The notes under the pieces: model-generated
The model's database searches: none
What the model was told of the DNA's origin: nothing
What the model saw: the letters and a program-made list of their open reading frames with translations, nothing else
Made by a program: the position numbers and the translations under genes
Assembly: GCA_964016885.1 (NCBI GenBank)
Contig: OZ024742.1
Location: 139,934,001 to 139,998,000, forward strand
Source: Eledone cirrhosa
Taxonomy: Eukaryota
DNA: 64,000 nt
Direction of reading: 5' to 3'
Part shown: in pieces, positions 49,839 through 62,939 of the stretch
How the letters are laid out: each line of letters begins with the position of its first letter
How positions within the stretch are numbered: the first letter of the stretch is position 1

Positions 49839-50968
49839 GTAATTTGTGTGAAAAGCATTTATCATTTATTTGTAATTCTGTGAGGACCCTTAAAAATCAT
49901 AATTTTATTTGCGATCCTCTGTTGCATCCCAAACATCAATTTAATTCTTAACATTCTGAATTATTCAGCAGAAAATCTATAAACAGAGGATTTGTTAATT
50001 CAAAGTAGCTTTACTAATGTACAGATATTTTGGAACATTTACAGTAAACTAGTGACTTTAATTTTTAATGTGAGACCCATTTTTAATGTGGTACTGTTTG
50101 GTGCTTTTTAAGAATGTCTTCTAATGCAGTTTCATGCAGTACAAGGCGTTAAGAATTCATGAGAGAAATAATTACTAAATGCCTCCAAATTCTTGATTCT
50201 TTTCAAAATTATTTGAAAACCATTGTCTTTGATTCAAAATATGGTAATGAAAAGGTTAAGGAGAGAAATTCATGATCAGTTGTGGTTCTATGGTCAAGTG
50301 ATTATCTCTGGCTATTGATGGGAATTTTAATCCCTAGGCAGTTAGAATTCAGAACTCTCAAAACGCCAGAGCAGATTTCTGCATGCCGTCTTACCCAAAT
50401 CTTTAACAATTCCACCAATCTATTGCCACCATAGACTGATACTTTATTTTATCCGAATGGATAAAGTTGATCTTGGTGGAATTGAAATGGCATAGAGAGC
50501 TAGAACAAATATATCTAGATATTCTATCTGATGCTCTAACAACACTGCCAATTCACTATCATTTCCAGTCAAGACAACATTAAACAAGCTTAAGGTAACT
50601 TTTTTTGTAATCATTAATGTTTATCTAAGGTAAAAAGTTGATTTAATCTATCTGAAATGTTAATTATTTTTCTTGTTTCTCATTTTCCTCTTTATTTTGT
50701 ACACCTATTTCGTTGTCCATTTTTTAACCTTATATATTTAGAATATTTTTTATTTTTTACCACTTCTTGACCTTTAAAAAAAAATCATGGTATTCTTAGA
50801 AGTAATTTTTCTTCACCCCCATGACCTTGTTTTTAACATTGTGGTACTCATAGAAGTTCTTTTGTTTTTTTTTTCACTCCTTTGTTCTTATTTTTAACAT
50901 TATGGTATACTTATAAATCTTTTTTATTTCTCTTTTCATTATTTTTAACTTTGTGGTATATTTTTCAG

Positions 50969-51073
50969 GTCAGTGAAGCAGGAATTCACAGACCCCATGT
51001 TGCAGGAATCCATGGCCGGGAGGATGTGGGTGCATTTTCAATTGTACTTTCTGGAGGATATGAGGATGATGTA
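50969..51073 (+). CDS. UHRF1: UHRF1 exon: SRA domain
   Basis: cag|GTC...GTA|gtgagt, phase 0/0; [35 protein letters not shown]. Confidence 0.97.
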
Positions 51074-51733
51074 GTGAGTAGGCATCTTTATTCTCTTGTT
51101 TTCATTTAACCCTTTTGATATCAACCCATCTAAAATTGCCTCTGGTTCTATGAAACGAAACCATTCATTTTAAAGAGATTCTTCTCTACCCACTTATTCC
51201 CTGTCAGAAGCACTATCTCCAAATGATCCAAGACCAACTGAACTCATGGATGTTATCCAACCAACTTGCTTATGGGTAACCTCTGGGTCTCTTACCAGTT
51301 GGTTTTGTTTGTAAAATCCATCTAGAGATTTTTTCCTTAGACATTCTAACCACGTCTGTAGGTGAACTCTTGATTTGGAGAAGTAGCTCTACATGCGACT
51401 CTTATAAACCCTATTGAGTAATGTTACTCAGAGGACCCTTCAGAAGAAACCCATTTTGGCTACTTGTATTTGCAATTGCATTTTTTCTGTCATTATCAGA
51501 GGTTCATGATCATAGGTAAGGGTAGGCACAAACACCGAACAAATTAAAACCTTCCAACATGATTATGTTGCTATTACCTTCTTAATGAAATAATTAATAA
51601 CTTTAGTAAATTTCTCCAAATTCTTCAATAACCAATACAAATGCAAGGTATTTCATTGGAAACACATGAAAGTGTTAAAATCAGTGATTTAGACGATAGA
51701 ACAAGCGTTTTGATACCATTTTCCATTTATATA

Positions 51734-52926
51734 CAAGAGATGCGTTTAAAATGTATCTGACTTTATTTTTTCCTGCCAAAACTAACACCATGTGAGCAAA
51801 ATTCTTTGGGTGAGAAGTGACACCACCCTTCCTGCACATGCGTGAACATTTTCATGCCAGTAGGCCGTGTCTGTTCCTGATTGTTACACAGACGTACTGC
51901 GCGTTCATCAGATTTTCATTTTTACGCAAGATAACTGAACACATCAAGCAGAGATATTGTATCAAGTTTTGCCAAAAGCTTGGTGATACTGAAGTTCAAA
52001 CCATCCAGACGATTCCACAGGCCTTTGGCGATGATGCCATGGGGAAGATCAAGGAGTAGCACAACCTCTTCAAACATGGCTGCACCTCAGTGGAGAGCAA
52101 GGCACGTTCAGGCAGGACATTCACAAGCTGAAATGAGTAGCTGATTGAGAAGGTTCAGCGAATAGTCATGGAAGATCGTCATGTAACAATCCAGGAAATT
52201 GTTCATTAAGTGGGAATAAACACAGGATCAATGCATTCCATTTTAACAGGATTTGTGCATGCAGATAGTGTCAGCGAATTTTGTCCCCAAGGTGCTGGCA
52301 GAGCAGTAGAAGCAACTCCGCATGGAAATCACTCGGGACATGCTGGACTGTGCAAACCACAACCCAGACTTCACGAAGTCCATCGTCACTGGTTTATGGT
52401 TACGATCCAGAAACCAAGTTCCAGTCTTCCCAGTGGAAGCATCTGTTATGAAGGCCCAAAACACAAGTTTACAGCAATGCGAAGGTAATGTTGACCTGTT
52501 TTTTAGACTCCTGTGGTATTGTGTATTATGAATACACTCCACAAGGCCAAACAATCAATAAGGAATACTATCTGGAGGTTATATGTCACCTTCGTGATAC
52601 TGTGCATCAAAAGCAAACAGACATGTGGGTGGCGAAGAATTGGCATCTTCACGATAGTGTGTCTGCGCATTCCACCTCATAATCCAAGCTTTCTTGGGCA
52701 AGACCAACATACCACTTGTTTAACAGGTTCCCTACTAACCCGACTTGGCACCATGTGACCTCTGACTTTTCCCCAATCTGAAAAAGAAGCAATAAAAGGA
52801 AATTCTGAGAAAAGTGACAGTAGAGCTCCATAGCATTCCAAAGAAGCCATTCCAGAGGTGTTCCAGCAATGGCAGAATCACTGGGAGAAGTGTGGGAACT
52901 CCCAAGGGGAGCATTTTGAAGGTGAT
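51734..52926 (+). mobile_element. Decayed mariner (Tc1/mariner) transposon
   Basis: QRYCIKFCQKLG HTH start, FVPKVL, GQTINKEYY, HLHD..SAH, PY*PDLAPCDL*LFPNLK; many stops; TA plus TIR-like left end; right end abuts a TTAA MITE. Confidence 0.88.
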
Positions 52927-54966
52927 TAACCCTTTAGCATTTACATTACTCTATTGTATCTTCATGGTAAACACTTTATCTCACATAAATATTTCCCATA
53001 CTATCAAATCTACGAGATTATGACATTGTTTATTTTGAGACCAACACCTTAACATAAGTATGAGCAGTTGGTTATGACCAGTTTGAACAGAAAGAAGTGA
53101 GAGAAGTCAGATACCTTTTAAACACAACCTTGTATATATAAAAGTGTAGGCATGATTGTGCGGTTAATTAGTTTGCTACACAATGATTTTGTTTTGGTTC
53201 CACATTGTGGAACTTTAGGCAGGTGAATTCTCCTTTAACTTCTGGTTCCCCAATGCTTTGTGAGTGAACATGGTAGGTGGAAATTGTGTGTCCTTTCTGT
53301 GTTTCCTGTTTGTTCATGTCCTATAACTTAATGGTTTGATGAAAAGAGGTCAAGAAAATAAGTACCAGACTTGAAAAAATAAGTTCTGTGGTCAATATGA
53401 TCAAGTAAAATCCCTTCAAGGCTATATCATGGTTATAGTCCAATGACGAGCTCAGCCGTCTGGTCCCAACGCTTTATAGTATATATATATATATGTGTGT
53501 GTGTGTAAGTTTAAAGCTGTATGACTTAATGGTTAGAAAGTTTGATTAACAATGGTAAGTTTATGTCTTTGAACAAGATACTTTCATGTTGCACCAGTTG
53601 ACTCAGCTGTAAATATGGGTTACAACATCACTGGTGCTAAGCTTTATCATCCTTTGCATTTTCCTTGGAGGACATTGGTGGCGTGGAGAAGGGAGACTGG
53701 TATGTATGGGCAACTGTTGGTTTTCCACAAAAAGGCTTGTCTCAGAGGGGGATTTTCTAGATGTAAAAATCCATGGACATTAGTGTCCAAAGGGGGTCTT
53801 CACCTTTATATATAAACGCATCTATATATAAGCTGCAAAAATATTCATGGGAAGGAAAAAGGAAAAAAGCACAGAATGAATGAAGTAGCAGTGCCACACT
53901 TAGGCCTAATTAGGTGCAGAGTCAATGTCTGAACATAAGGCTTCCACACAATTTCCGCCTATCAAATCCACTCACAAGGCATCAGTGGGCCTGGTGCTAT
54001 AGTAGAAGACACTTGTCCAGCATGTCAAACAATGGGGTTGAACCTGAAACATGTGGTTTTGAAGCAAATGTCTTAACCACATAGTCATGGCTGTGCATTC
54101 AGGAAGGAATTTAAATGACTGGTTGTTCTAACCACATAGCTATGGCTGCGCATTCAGGAAAGAATTTTAACTGCTCTAATATCGCGATGACCTGTCTAAC
54201 CCATGCAAGCATGGAAAATAAATGTTAACTGATGATGGTGTAATTATAAGTAGGAACTGCTGAACCATGAAACAGGAGTGGTATCTATTTTTCTCCATAC
54301 TAATTTGACACAAACATGTGTTAATATAATAAATGCCCTCATTTCTACAATAACTCTTTAAACTTTTCACTTCTATATTTAAAATTTTACCAAATACAAA
54401 AATGTCCTGGTTTTCAGGTTATATCTAATAAATTGTTTTGTTGAAAACTCATTATGTATTCATAATGGTTAAATACCCAAACACTTTGTATTCTTTCCTT
54501 ATAAAATAGCGTGTATGTATATGTGTACATATGTATGTTAGATGTATATGTGATTCAAAAAGTGCACAAATGACAAGGACAACAGAACAAACACAGACAA
54601 ATCCCTATATTGTCAGCCAACTACTGGATTATGATTTCTGTACATTGAAAGTTGGGATACTTCAAACCAGCACTTAAAGGATTGCAACAATACAAACAAA
54701 AAGACAAAATACATTAACATAGGACAGTGAGTCTTTTCAACTAAATACACAAATAAATGGCAAAAAAGTGTACTTAGAAGCCAAGATGCTTCAATTGAAA
54801 ATGTTAAAAGATGCAACATGGTACAGTGTGCAACAAATTAGCCATGAGGAAACCGAGAGAGAGAAATTAATCATAAATTCAGATGTTAATCTTGAGAGGT
54901 GACAGCAGCGATATGATTAGTTAATTTGATAGTATATATATGTGTGTGTAGATATATATATATATA

Positions 54967-54997
<31 letters not shown>

Positions 54998-55076
54998 ATG
55001 TGTATATATATATGTGTGTGTGTGTATGTATGTATGTGTATATATATATGTGTGTGTGCTTGTATAAATATATATA

Positions 55077-56659
55077 TCATCATCATCATCATCATCATTT
55101 TGCGTCTGCTTTTCCCTGCTTGCAAGGGTGGGACGGGTCTTATTCAGCACAGCATCTCTCCACTCGTCACGGTCTTTCGTCATCTCCACCGTGAGCTTCA
55201 ATGATCTGAGGTCTGTTCTCACCACCTCCGCCCATGTTTTTCGTGGTCTACCTCTACCACGTCTTCCTTCAACTGGCATTTCCTGGCACTTCTTCACCCA
55301 TCGGTCATCCTCCATGCGCACCACATGTCCATACCACCTCAGTCTCCTCTCTTGCACACTACATTCTATCCCTCTCAGACACAGTTTCTCTCTCAACACA
55401 TTTATGCTGGGTCATTCACGCACATTTACACTGCACATCCAATGGAGCATGCTTGCCTCATTTCTCTCCAGCCGTCGCATATCCTCTGCAGTTGCTGCCC
55501 ATGTCTCACTACCATGCAGCATCGCGCTCCTCACACAGGCATCATACAACCGGCCTTTCGTACGCAGGGAGAAACCCTTCTTTGTCAGCAGAGGAAGCAG
55601 CTCCCTAAATTTCTTCCAACCCGTCCTTATTCTAGATACTATGGCCTCGGAACACCCTCCTCCCATGCTAATCTGATCTCCTAGGAACCGGAAGCTATCA
55701 ACAACTTCTATAGCGCCCTCCTGCATTTGAAAAATGTGTCTATCAATGCGACTTCTACTGTCTAATTTCCCTGTACATCTACTGCATACATATTTCTCCC
55801 TACCTGTTAGTTTGCTTACTATCCCGCTACATTTCTTGTGTACCCAGGATCTGCATTGTGTGCATTTTATAGAATTTATGCCAGTTCCTTTTCTGCATAT
55901 CGAACATGGCCATTTCCGTTACGGAATCAGAGTTTTGTCCTCTTTTCTACTCATCAACACTTTTGTCTTAGCTAGGTTCACTCTCAGTCCTCTTGCTTCC
56001 AACTGCTGTTTCCATAGCCAGAATTTATTCTCTAGCTCCTCTACTGATTCTGCTATAAGAACCAGATCGTCAGCATAGAGAAGTTCCCATGGACAGCCAG
56101 TCTTAAACTCCTCTGTTATGGCTTGGAGGACTATAATGAACAAGAGCAGGCTGAGGACCGAACTTTGATGTACTCCTACTTGTATCTGGAATTCCTCACT
56201 AAACTCCATTCCTACCCTGACTTTACTGAGAGTACCTCTGTACAAAGTTTGCACTGTCCTCACAAGCCATTCCTCAACACCTAGCTTCCTTAGGGACCAC
56301 CAGATGACAGATTGGGGTACCCTATCAAAGGCCTTCTCTAGGTCAACAAAGGCTAAGTATAGTGGCTTATTTTTCTCTAAGAACCTCTCTTACAATTGTC
56401 GCACCAAGAAGAGGGCATCTGTTGTACTCTTCCAGGCACAAAACCAAACTGCATCTCATCTAGTTTGACCCTTTCTCTAATTAGTTGTGCTAATATCCTT
56501 TCTGCCACTTTCATAACCTGATCCATCAGTTTTATACCCCTATAATTGCTCCTCTCCAGAGCATCCCCTTTACCTTTGTAGCAATTTATGAGAATACTGC
56601 TGCACCAGTCTTTGGGTATGACATCACCATATATAGCCTGATTGATGATGCGTGCAACC
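55077..56659 (-). mobile_element. RTE-clade LINE family B, copy B2 (5'-truncated), antisense in a UHRF1 SRA intron
   Basis: Closely similar to B1 over 9544-~11100; RT and PHD motifs with stops; (GAT)n tail; TA-rich flanks. Confidence 0.95.
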
Positions 56660-56760
56660 TATTATATATATATGCATCATGGCATATTGGCAGTCACATG
56701 AATGTTATCCTCTACTTTTGGTTATTCTCTATTTTTATCCTTTCTTAATATTGTTAACAG

Positions 56761-56867
56761 GACAATGGTGATGATTTCACTTACACAGGAAGTGGCGGCC
56801 GAGATCTATCAGGGAATAAAAGAACTGCGGAACAATCTTGTGATCAGACCTTAACTCGATATAACAA
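56761..56867 (+). CDS. UHRF1: UHRF1 exon: SRA domain (NKR finger)
   Basis: cag|GAC...AACAA|gtaagt, phase 0/2; [35 protein letters not shown]. Confidence 0.97.
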
Positions 56868-57588
56868 GTAAGTTTATAAAATAGCAATTTCTATCTTGTT
56901 TCTTTGTACATAATTTCTCAGTTATCTTTGTTTGCATGGGTTAGCCGAGTCCTCTTCAGTAGAGTATCTCTTCACTTGTTTCTTTTTTTTGCCATCTTCT
57001 TTGTAAGTTATAGTTTCTTGAGATCAGCTTTCACCACTTCTCTCCACAACTTTCTTGGTTTTCCTCTTCCACAGCTTCCTACCACTTGGAATTCTTGGTC
57101 CTTCTTCACCCAGCCATCATCTATACATATTAAAATGTCTGCACCAGCATAATCTCTCTTGCATACAACACCTGATTCCTCTTATGCTCAGTTTTTCTCT
57201 CAGCTCATTCATGCACTTAGAATATTTTTAAGGCCATCTTCCCTGCTAAAGCAGGTGTTAACCTTGCAGGCCCCACGACAACCTTCATTTTACCCTATCA
57301 TTTGCATTCCCACTCACTACTAACTCCTGGCTTTCATTTCCTCTTTCATCATTTCTTAGTCTTCTGCATTCATTTCTATCATTCTTCTCACCCTGTCACT
57401 TTCATCCTTCCTCAACGTGAGTGTCTGGTTCAGAATAGGCACACTATATCTTTGCTTGTCGTAAGACATGACTAAAAGAGTTGGCACTGGGACATCCAAC
57501 CCCAAAACAATACTTCAAAAGATGCTTCATTCTTGCACAATTTTCATTTTAATAATCTATCTTTATTTTTCTATCTTTTGGCAATCAG

Positions 57589-57751
57589 GGCTCTTGCACG
57601 CAACTGCAATGCTCCACTGGATGATAAGAAAGGTACTGAAGCTAAAGATTGGCGTGCTGGTAAGCCTGTACGTGTAGTGCGCAGTTGTAAAGGTCGCAAA
57701 CATTCCAAATATGCTCCTGTGGAAGGCAATCGATATGACGGCATTTATAAG
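57589..57751 (+). CDS. UHRF1: UHRF1 exon: SRA domain
   Basis: cag|GGCT...TATAAG|gtaagt, phase 2/0; [32 protein letters not shown]...[14 protein letters not shown]. Confidence 0.97.
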
Positions 57752-58399
57752 GTAAGTGAAAACCCATTATTAGCTCTAAAGTCTATCAGTAGTTTCCTGT
57801 TTTAAGTTGAATTTATTGACTTCTAATTTATTAAACGACTGACCCTATAATTACTAATGGAATCAGTGTGCTGTTGCGATATAATGGCATGTCTGGGTTT
57901 GATCACAGAGAGAAAAGAATTGGGGCTGGTAACGTTACTTATCAATCTGGAATAGATGAAAGGCAAAGTTGCTCTCAATAGGATTTGAACTCAGAGCACA
58001 GAGAGCTGGAATGATTATTGCAAAGCATTCTACTTAACGCCTCAACAACTTAGCCAATTCAGCACCTAATTCATTGAATAAGAACAATTTTTTAGTGTGT
58101 GTTGCTAATAAGTGTGTCATGAAATCAGGTCAAATTTGATCCAGTTTTTACAAATATTTTGCTGTACAATTTATTGACTGCTGCTGTGATATCATATTTT
58201 GTATGTTTTATTTATTAATTTTGTTAAAATCGTGCCACTAACTTGACTCTTTTGATACCAAACCATCTGTAACTGCAGCCATTCTACTATACAAAACTGT
58301 TTATTTTATAATTCCATGTATGAACCTTTGATAAGTTATGCTTCAAATAAATAATGAGAAAGCTAGTTTTATTTACTAAATTCCTCCAGATTCTTGGTT

Positions 58400-61000
58400 C
58401 TTCATCTTCTTCACCCTCTTATGGGAGTATAGACCTCAAGTAAGACCAGCTGAGCTCATGGATGTTATCCAACTATCTTGCTCAGGGGTCTACCCCTCTG
58501 TCTCTTGCTTGTTGGTATTACCCATAAAATCTGTTCAGCGTCTCAATTCAGAGGAGTAGCAGCTCTACCTCGAACCACTCTAATCTCCGAGCTATGCACT
58601 CTATCAAATAATGCTACTTGAAGGACATTTGGCTGCTTGTATTCACAATCGTATTCTTTTGGCCATTACCCAAGATTCATACCAAATTAAAGTTAGCAAG
58701 TTTGGCGTTTACGCCTGCCTCCCTTCTTCTGACAACTGAATGCTGAAGCTGGTGCATTACTGTGCAAGCTCCCGCAATTCTTGCACTTCTGCTTCCTGCT
58801 TTCCTTCACTCATGAACATGACCCCAAGATCCTTGCACTTATCAGTGGAACTCTACTCATACAGTGCTTTGTGCAGGCTTCCTTGAGAGGACAATTATCT
58901 CAGTCATCACAGCACTGATTTTCATTCCTTTCATGTTGCACACGGCAGCAAATCTATCAAGTGCATGTTGGCAATCACCTTCTGACGAGTTAAGTACACA
59001 ATGTCGTCTGCAAATTTCAGCTGACTGCTCCTTTACCTGCCAGTCTTGATACCACTTCCAATCCAGCTGCGCATGTCAATCCTGTCCATGAAGATTATAA
59101 ACAGGATAGGTGACAGGTGTAACACCCATATTGAATGGTTACAACTTTTGCAACATTTATCCAAACACAGACTAGGATAATTATCGAGAGAAATCAGGGT
59201 ATCAAGCTGTCCATCGATCCCATACAACTGCAGAACCTTCCATGACAGATCCCATGGAACGCGGTCATATGCCTTTTCAAGGTCTACAAAACTAGCATAA
59301 TACACCTCTCGGCAATACTCCCACGATTTCACAAAGACCTGCCATAGTGTGAATATTTGGTCGGTTGTGCTGCATCTTAGACACAGACACTTTGCATAAA
59401 CATTATCCAGAAGGCTTAAAAAGGAAGTTCCTCTATAATTGGAGCAATTTCTCTTGTCCTCCTTTTTGAAAATTGGGATTATCACTCCCAATTGCCATTG
59501 CTTAGGTGCCTTTCCAGAGATCCAGTACACCCAGCACACAAGTCAACCAGAGAATACCTTCTCTGTTTAAGGCTTTTAACATCCCAGGCCAAATTTTATC
59601 CTCCTCAGTGGCCATGCCATATTTAAACTCTTTAATTGCTCTTGTGACTTCAGCCTCCAAGAGGTTAGTCATCACTCCTAGATGCACCTCATGTACATCA
59701 GAAATGCTGTTGTGATCGGGTTTATGAGATCAGCAAAGTATTTGCTTTACCCCTCAAGGATGCACCTCTCAGAAGAGAGGACTTCTTATTATGAAGTCGG
59801 CAGATGGTCTGCCAGAACACTTTATTTGGTGATGTAAAGTTGAATTCCAGCTTAATCCCAAAGTCTTTCCATGCCTTTATTGTCTCTACAGCGGCTTTTT
59901 GTGCCTGCTTGTAGTGCAAGTGCAAGAAGTAGGACTTATTTCCAAGCTTTGTAAGCCTCTTTCTTTGCTTGGATGCCATCTTTGACCACATGATTGAACC
60001 AAGGGATCCTTGTCGCATCAAGTCACTTTTGTCTGCAGCATTTAATAACTGGAGCAGAAACTACCGAGCTAAACAGTTTCCACTCCATTTCAAGTCCATA
60101 GTTTGCTCAGGGAGTCTTCTGAATTTGGATGCAATAGTATCTGTAAACCTGGTTCTGATTTCCTTATCTGTTAGCGCTTCTCACTTTATCCTGTAGGTTG
60201 AGCTGGTCCTGCAAATTGTGTGGGCTTAGTTTTAGTGGACTTTAGGTAGTCTCAGGTTGCAGATAACTAGGTGATGAACAGTTGACAGCTCAATCCCTCT
60301 CTTAACACAAACATCCAGCACAAAATCGAAGAGATCAGAAACAATAATAAAATCAATTGAGCTCTATCTCTCTTATGTCATGCATATTTATCAATGTTGT
60401 TGTGCTGGAAGGTGTTCATAATAGTGAGCTCATTACGAGAACAGAAGTCTAATATGGCCTCTCCATTCATATTTAAATCTGGATTCCCATTGCTTCCAGT
60501 CAGTCATTTCCATGTCTGGTAGTCAGTGCCAACATGTGCATTGAATCTCCTGTTAGTATATATGACTCAGTCTTAACTATACCTAACACTGCAGTGACTT
60601 CATCAAGGAAGGATCTATATTCGGCTCTCTGTTTGGCACTTAAACTTGCACCACCCACAGAGACCATTCTTTCAGCCTAAGCTTCAAGAAGCAAATCCTC
60701 TTTCCCAATAAGATCTTGTCCTTAATACATTTTTACAGACAGGGGCCTGTGAGTATCCCCACTATCTCTTGTGCAGTCATTTCTAGTGCCACACCTGTAT
60801 AGTGGAGTTACATCCTCCATCCAAATCTGCAATACTAAAGCCACAGATCTTTGTGAGGAAGCCCTAATTATATCTAGCCAGTAGCCTCTGGCTTCCACTA
60901 ATTCCTGCTCCTTGTCTGTAAGGGTTGTAACATTCCAATTATCAATTGTCAAGGTTTGCTCCATTCTAGACCCTCTCTGGGGTGTTGGGATTATTGATGT
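58400..61000 (-). mobile_element. Degenerate RTE-clade LINE (Rex3/Expander-like), antisense in a UHRF1 intron
   Basis: APE start WNVTTLTDKEQELVE..LDI (60722-61012); RT WQLGVIIPIFKKED..CSNYRG, STTDQIF, FVDLEKAYDRVP, LSPILFIIFMD; short related 3' copy at ~51180-51540. Confidence 0.8.
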
Positions 61001-62023
61001 TTGTGCTTCCATCCCTCGCCTCCCAGGACTGGTTGCAGGTCATCACCAGTTTTTGCAGTGTTGGGTGGAGACTGCAGTATATGTTTTGAACAGGCCCCTC
61101 TACATAAGGCTTGAATGTGTCGCTTGTTATCCTATGCAGAGGACAATATGGTATGGACGTTTTTACTGTTTCTGACTATATATCAGTGTTTCCTTGGTCT
61201 CATTCACGCTAGCAACCAATTTGGTACTTTTCTCAGACTAAGCTTTTTTGGAGGCACCCTTTACTCGCCTCTTCATAGCTACATCACTAGGTTGTGAGAG
61301 TTTTCTTTGGAGCTAACAGTGTTTTCCATTGCTCTGTCTTCCCTGGTAGTTTACCATTGTCGGTCCGGTGTTGCTTATTCATCCAGCAACAGCCTGCTTA
61401 TATTGTAAGTAACCATCATATCTGGTGGTTATACCACCTGTGACCCATTCTCTTGTAGAGCAGCTCCACCGAAAAATCTTTATTTTCAAAAGGATTGGAA
61501 ACTATTGGAATTGTTTTTTATTAGATATATGGTATCGAAAGGGTTTGAGTTAAATCTTCTAGATTGTTATGTAAAAACCTTTAAGATGTTCCAAACACCA
61601 GCTTAATAAGAAAGTTATATTACTAAATCCTTTCAAATACTTGTTTATATTCTAAATGATTTGAAAATCATACAGTATTTTGGAAAACAAAGGCATAGTG
61701 AACACTAAATTTCTTTAACAAGCATTAATTCTTAACGTCCTATACTACATGAAACCACGTTAGCAAGATATTTTTGAAAAGTATAAAATAGTGCAATGAC
61801 TGCATCACATTAGAAATTAGTTTTTACTCTAATACTGCAAATTTTCATGATGGTCTGTCCACTAGAAATGTCTTCTTTCCCTGCTTAACATTTGAATTAA
61901 CAAATGTCGTTTTTAGATATTTTCTGCTAAATCATTACAGGATGTGAAGAGTGAATCTCAACTTGTATCACTTTTAAGTTTTTTCATTATTTGTGTTTTA
62001 ATAATTCCTCTTTTAACTTTCAG

Positions 62024-62161
62024 ATTGTCAAATATTGGCCAGCTAAAGGAAAGTCTGGATTTTTGGTTTGGCGTTACCTCTTACGAAGAGATGATACTCA
62101 AGCTGCACCATGGACAAATTCTGGCAAAAAACGTATCAAAGAACTTGGTCTCTCCATGCAG
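62024..62161 (+). CDS. UHRF1: UHRF1 exon: end of SRA domain (gene continues past the window)
   Basis: cag|ATT...ATGCAG|gtaagc, phase 0/0; [31 protein letters not shown]...LGLSMQ. Confidence 0.97.
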
Positions 62162-62872
62162 GTAAGCAACAAATTCTCAATTATTTTCTTAGATTCATTA
62201 ATCATTTTACGCCTGCTTTTCCATACTTGTATTGATTGAACAGATCCTTTCCAACACAGCTTTCTGCCAATCATAGCATTCTTTTCCATCTCTCAATGAG
62301 GTTCAGTGTTTAGAGATCAGTTCTGACCACCTCTACCCAGGTTTTTCTTGCACTTCCTCTACTACAGTTTCCTTCCACTGGCATTCCCTGACACTTCTTC
62401 ACCCAGTGTTCATCATCCATGCACATAACATGTCCATATCACACTACATCTGATTCCTTTTATACATAGCATTTCTCTCAGTTCATCTATGCCCTGTTCT
62501 GTTTTTATTTATTTCCAGGTATCATTGACAATAAATCTCATTTAACTCCATCCATCCACACTGACCTTTAACTCCTGGTAGAGTTATAGGGGGCATCATC
62601 AATTTAAACCTGACGGAGCCCGTCACTGTTCAAGCCTGAAAACATGGTTTCTTCCAAAGAAAGGGCGAGAGCAAGAAGGCGAAAAAGATAAATAGAGGAA
62701 GAATCAATTCTAGGAACTGAACTAATACTTTATCACTCTTGAAATGGCAAAACACAAAGTTGTGCTTGATGGGATTTAAAATTAGAGCACAAATAGACAG
62801 AACAAACACCGTAAATCCTTCTATCTGACATTGTAATGACTCTACCTTGGTGTGTTTGTGTGTGTGTGTATG

Positions 62873-62875
<3 letters not shown>

Positions 62876-62926
<51 letters not shown>
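62876..62926. repeat. (CA)n microsatellite
   Basis: CA run. Confidence 0.95.
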
Positions 62927-62930
<4 letters not shown>

Positions 62931-62939
62931 TATATCATT

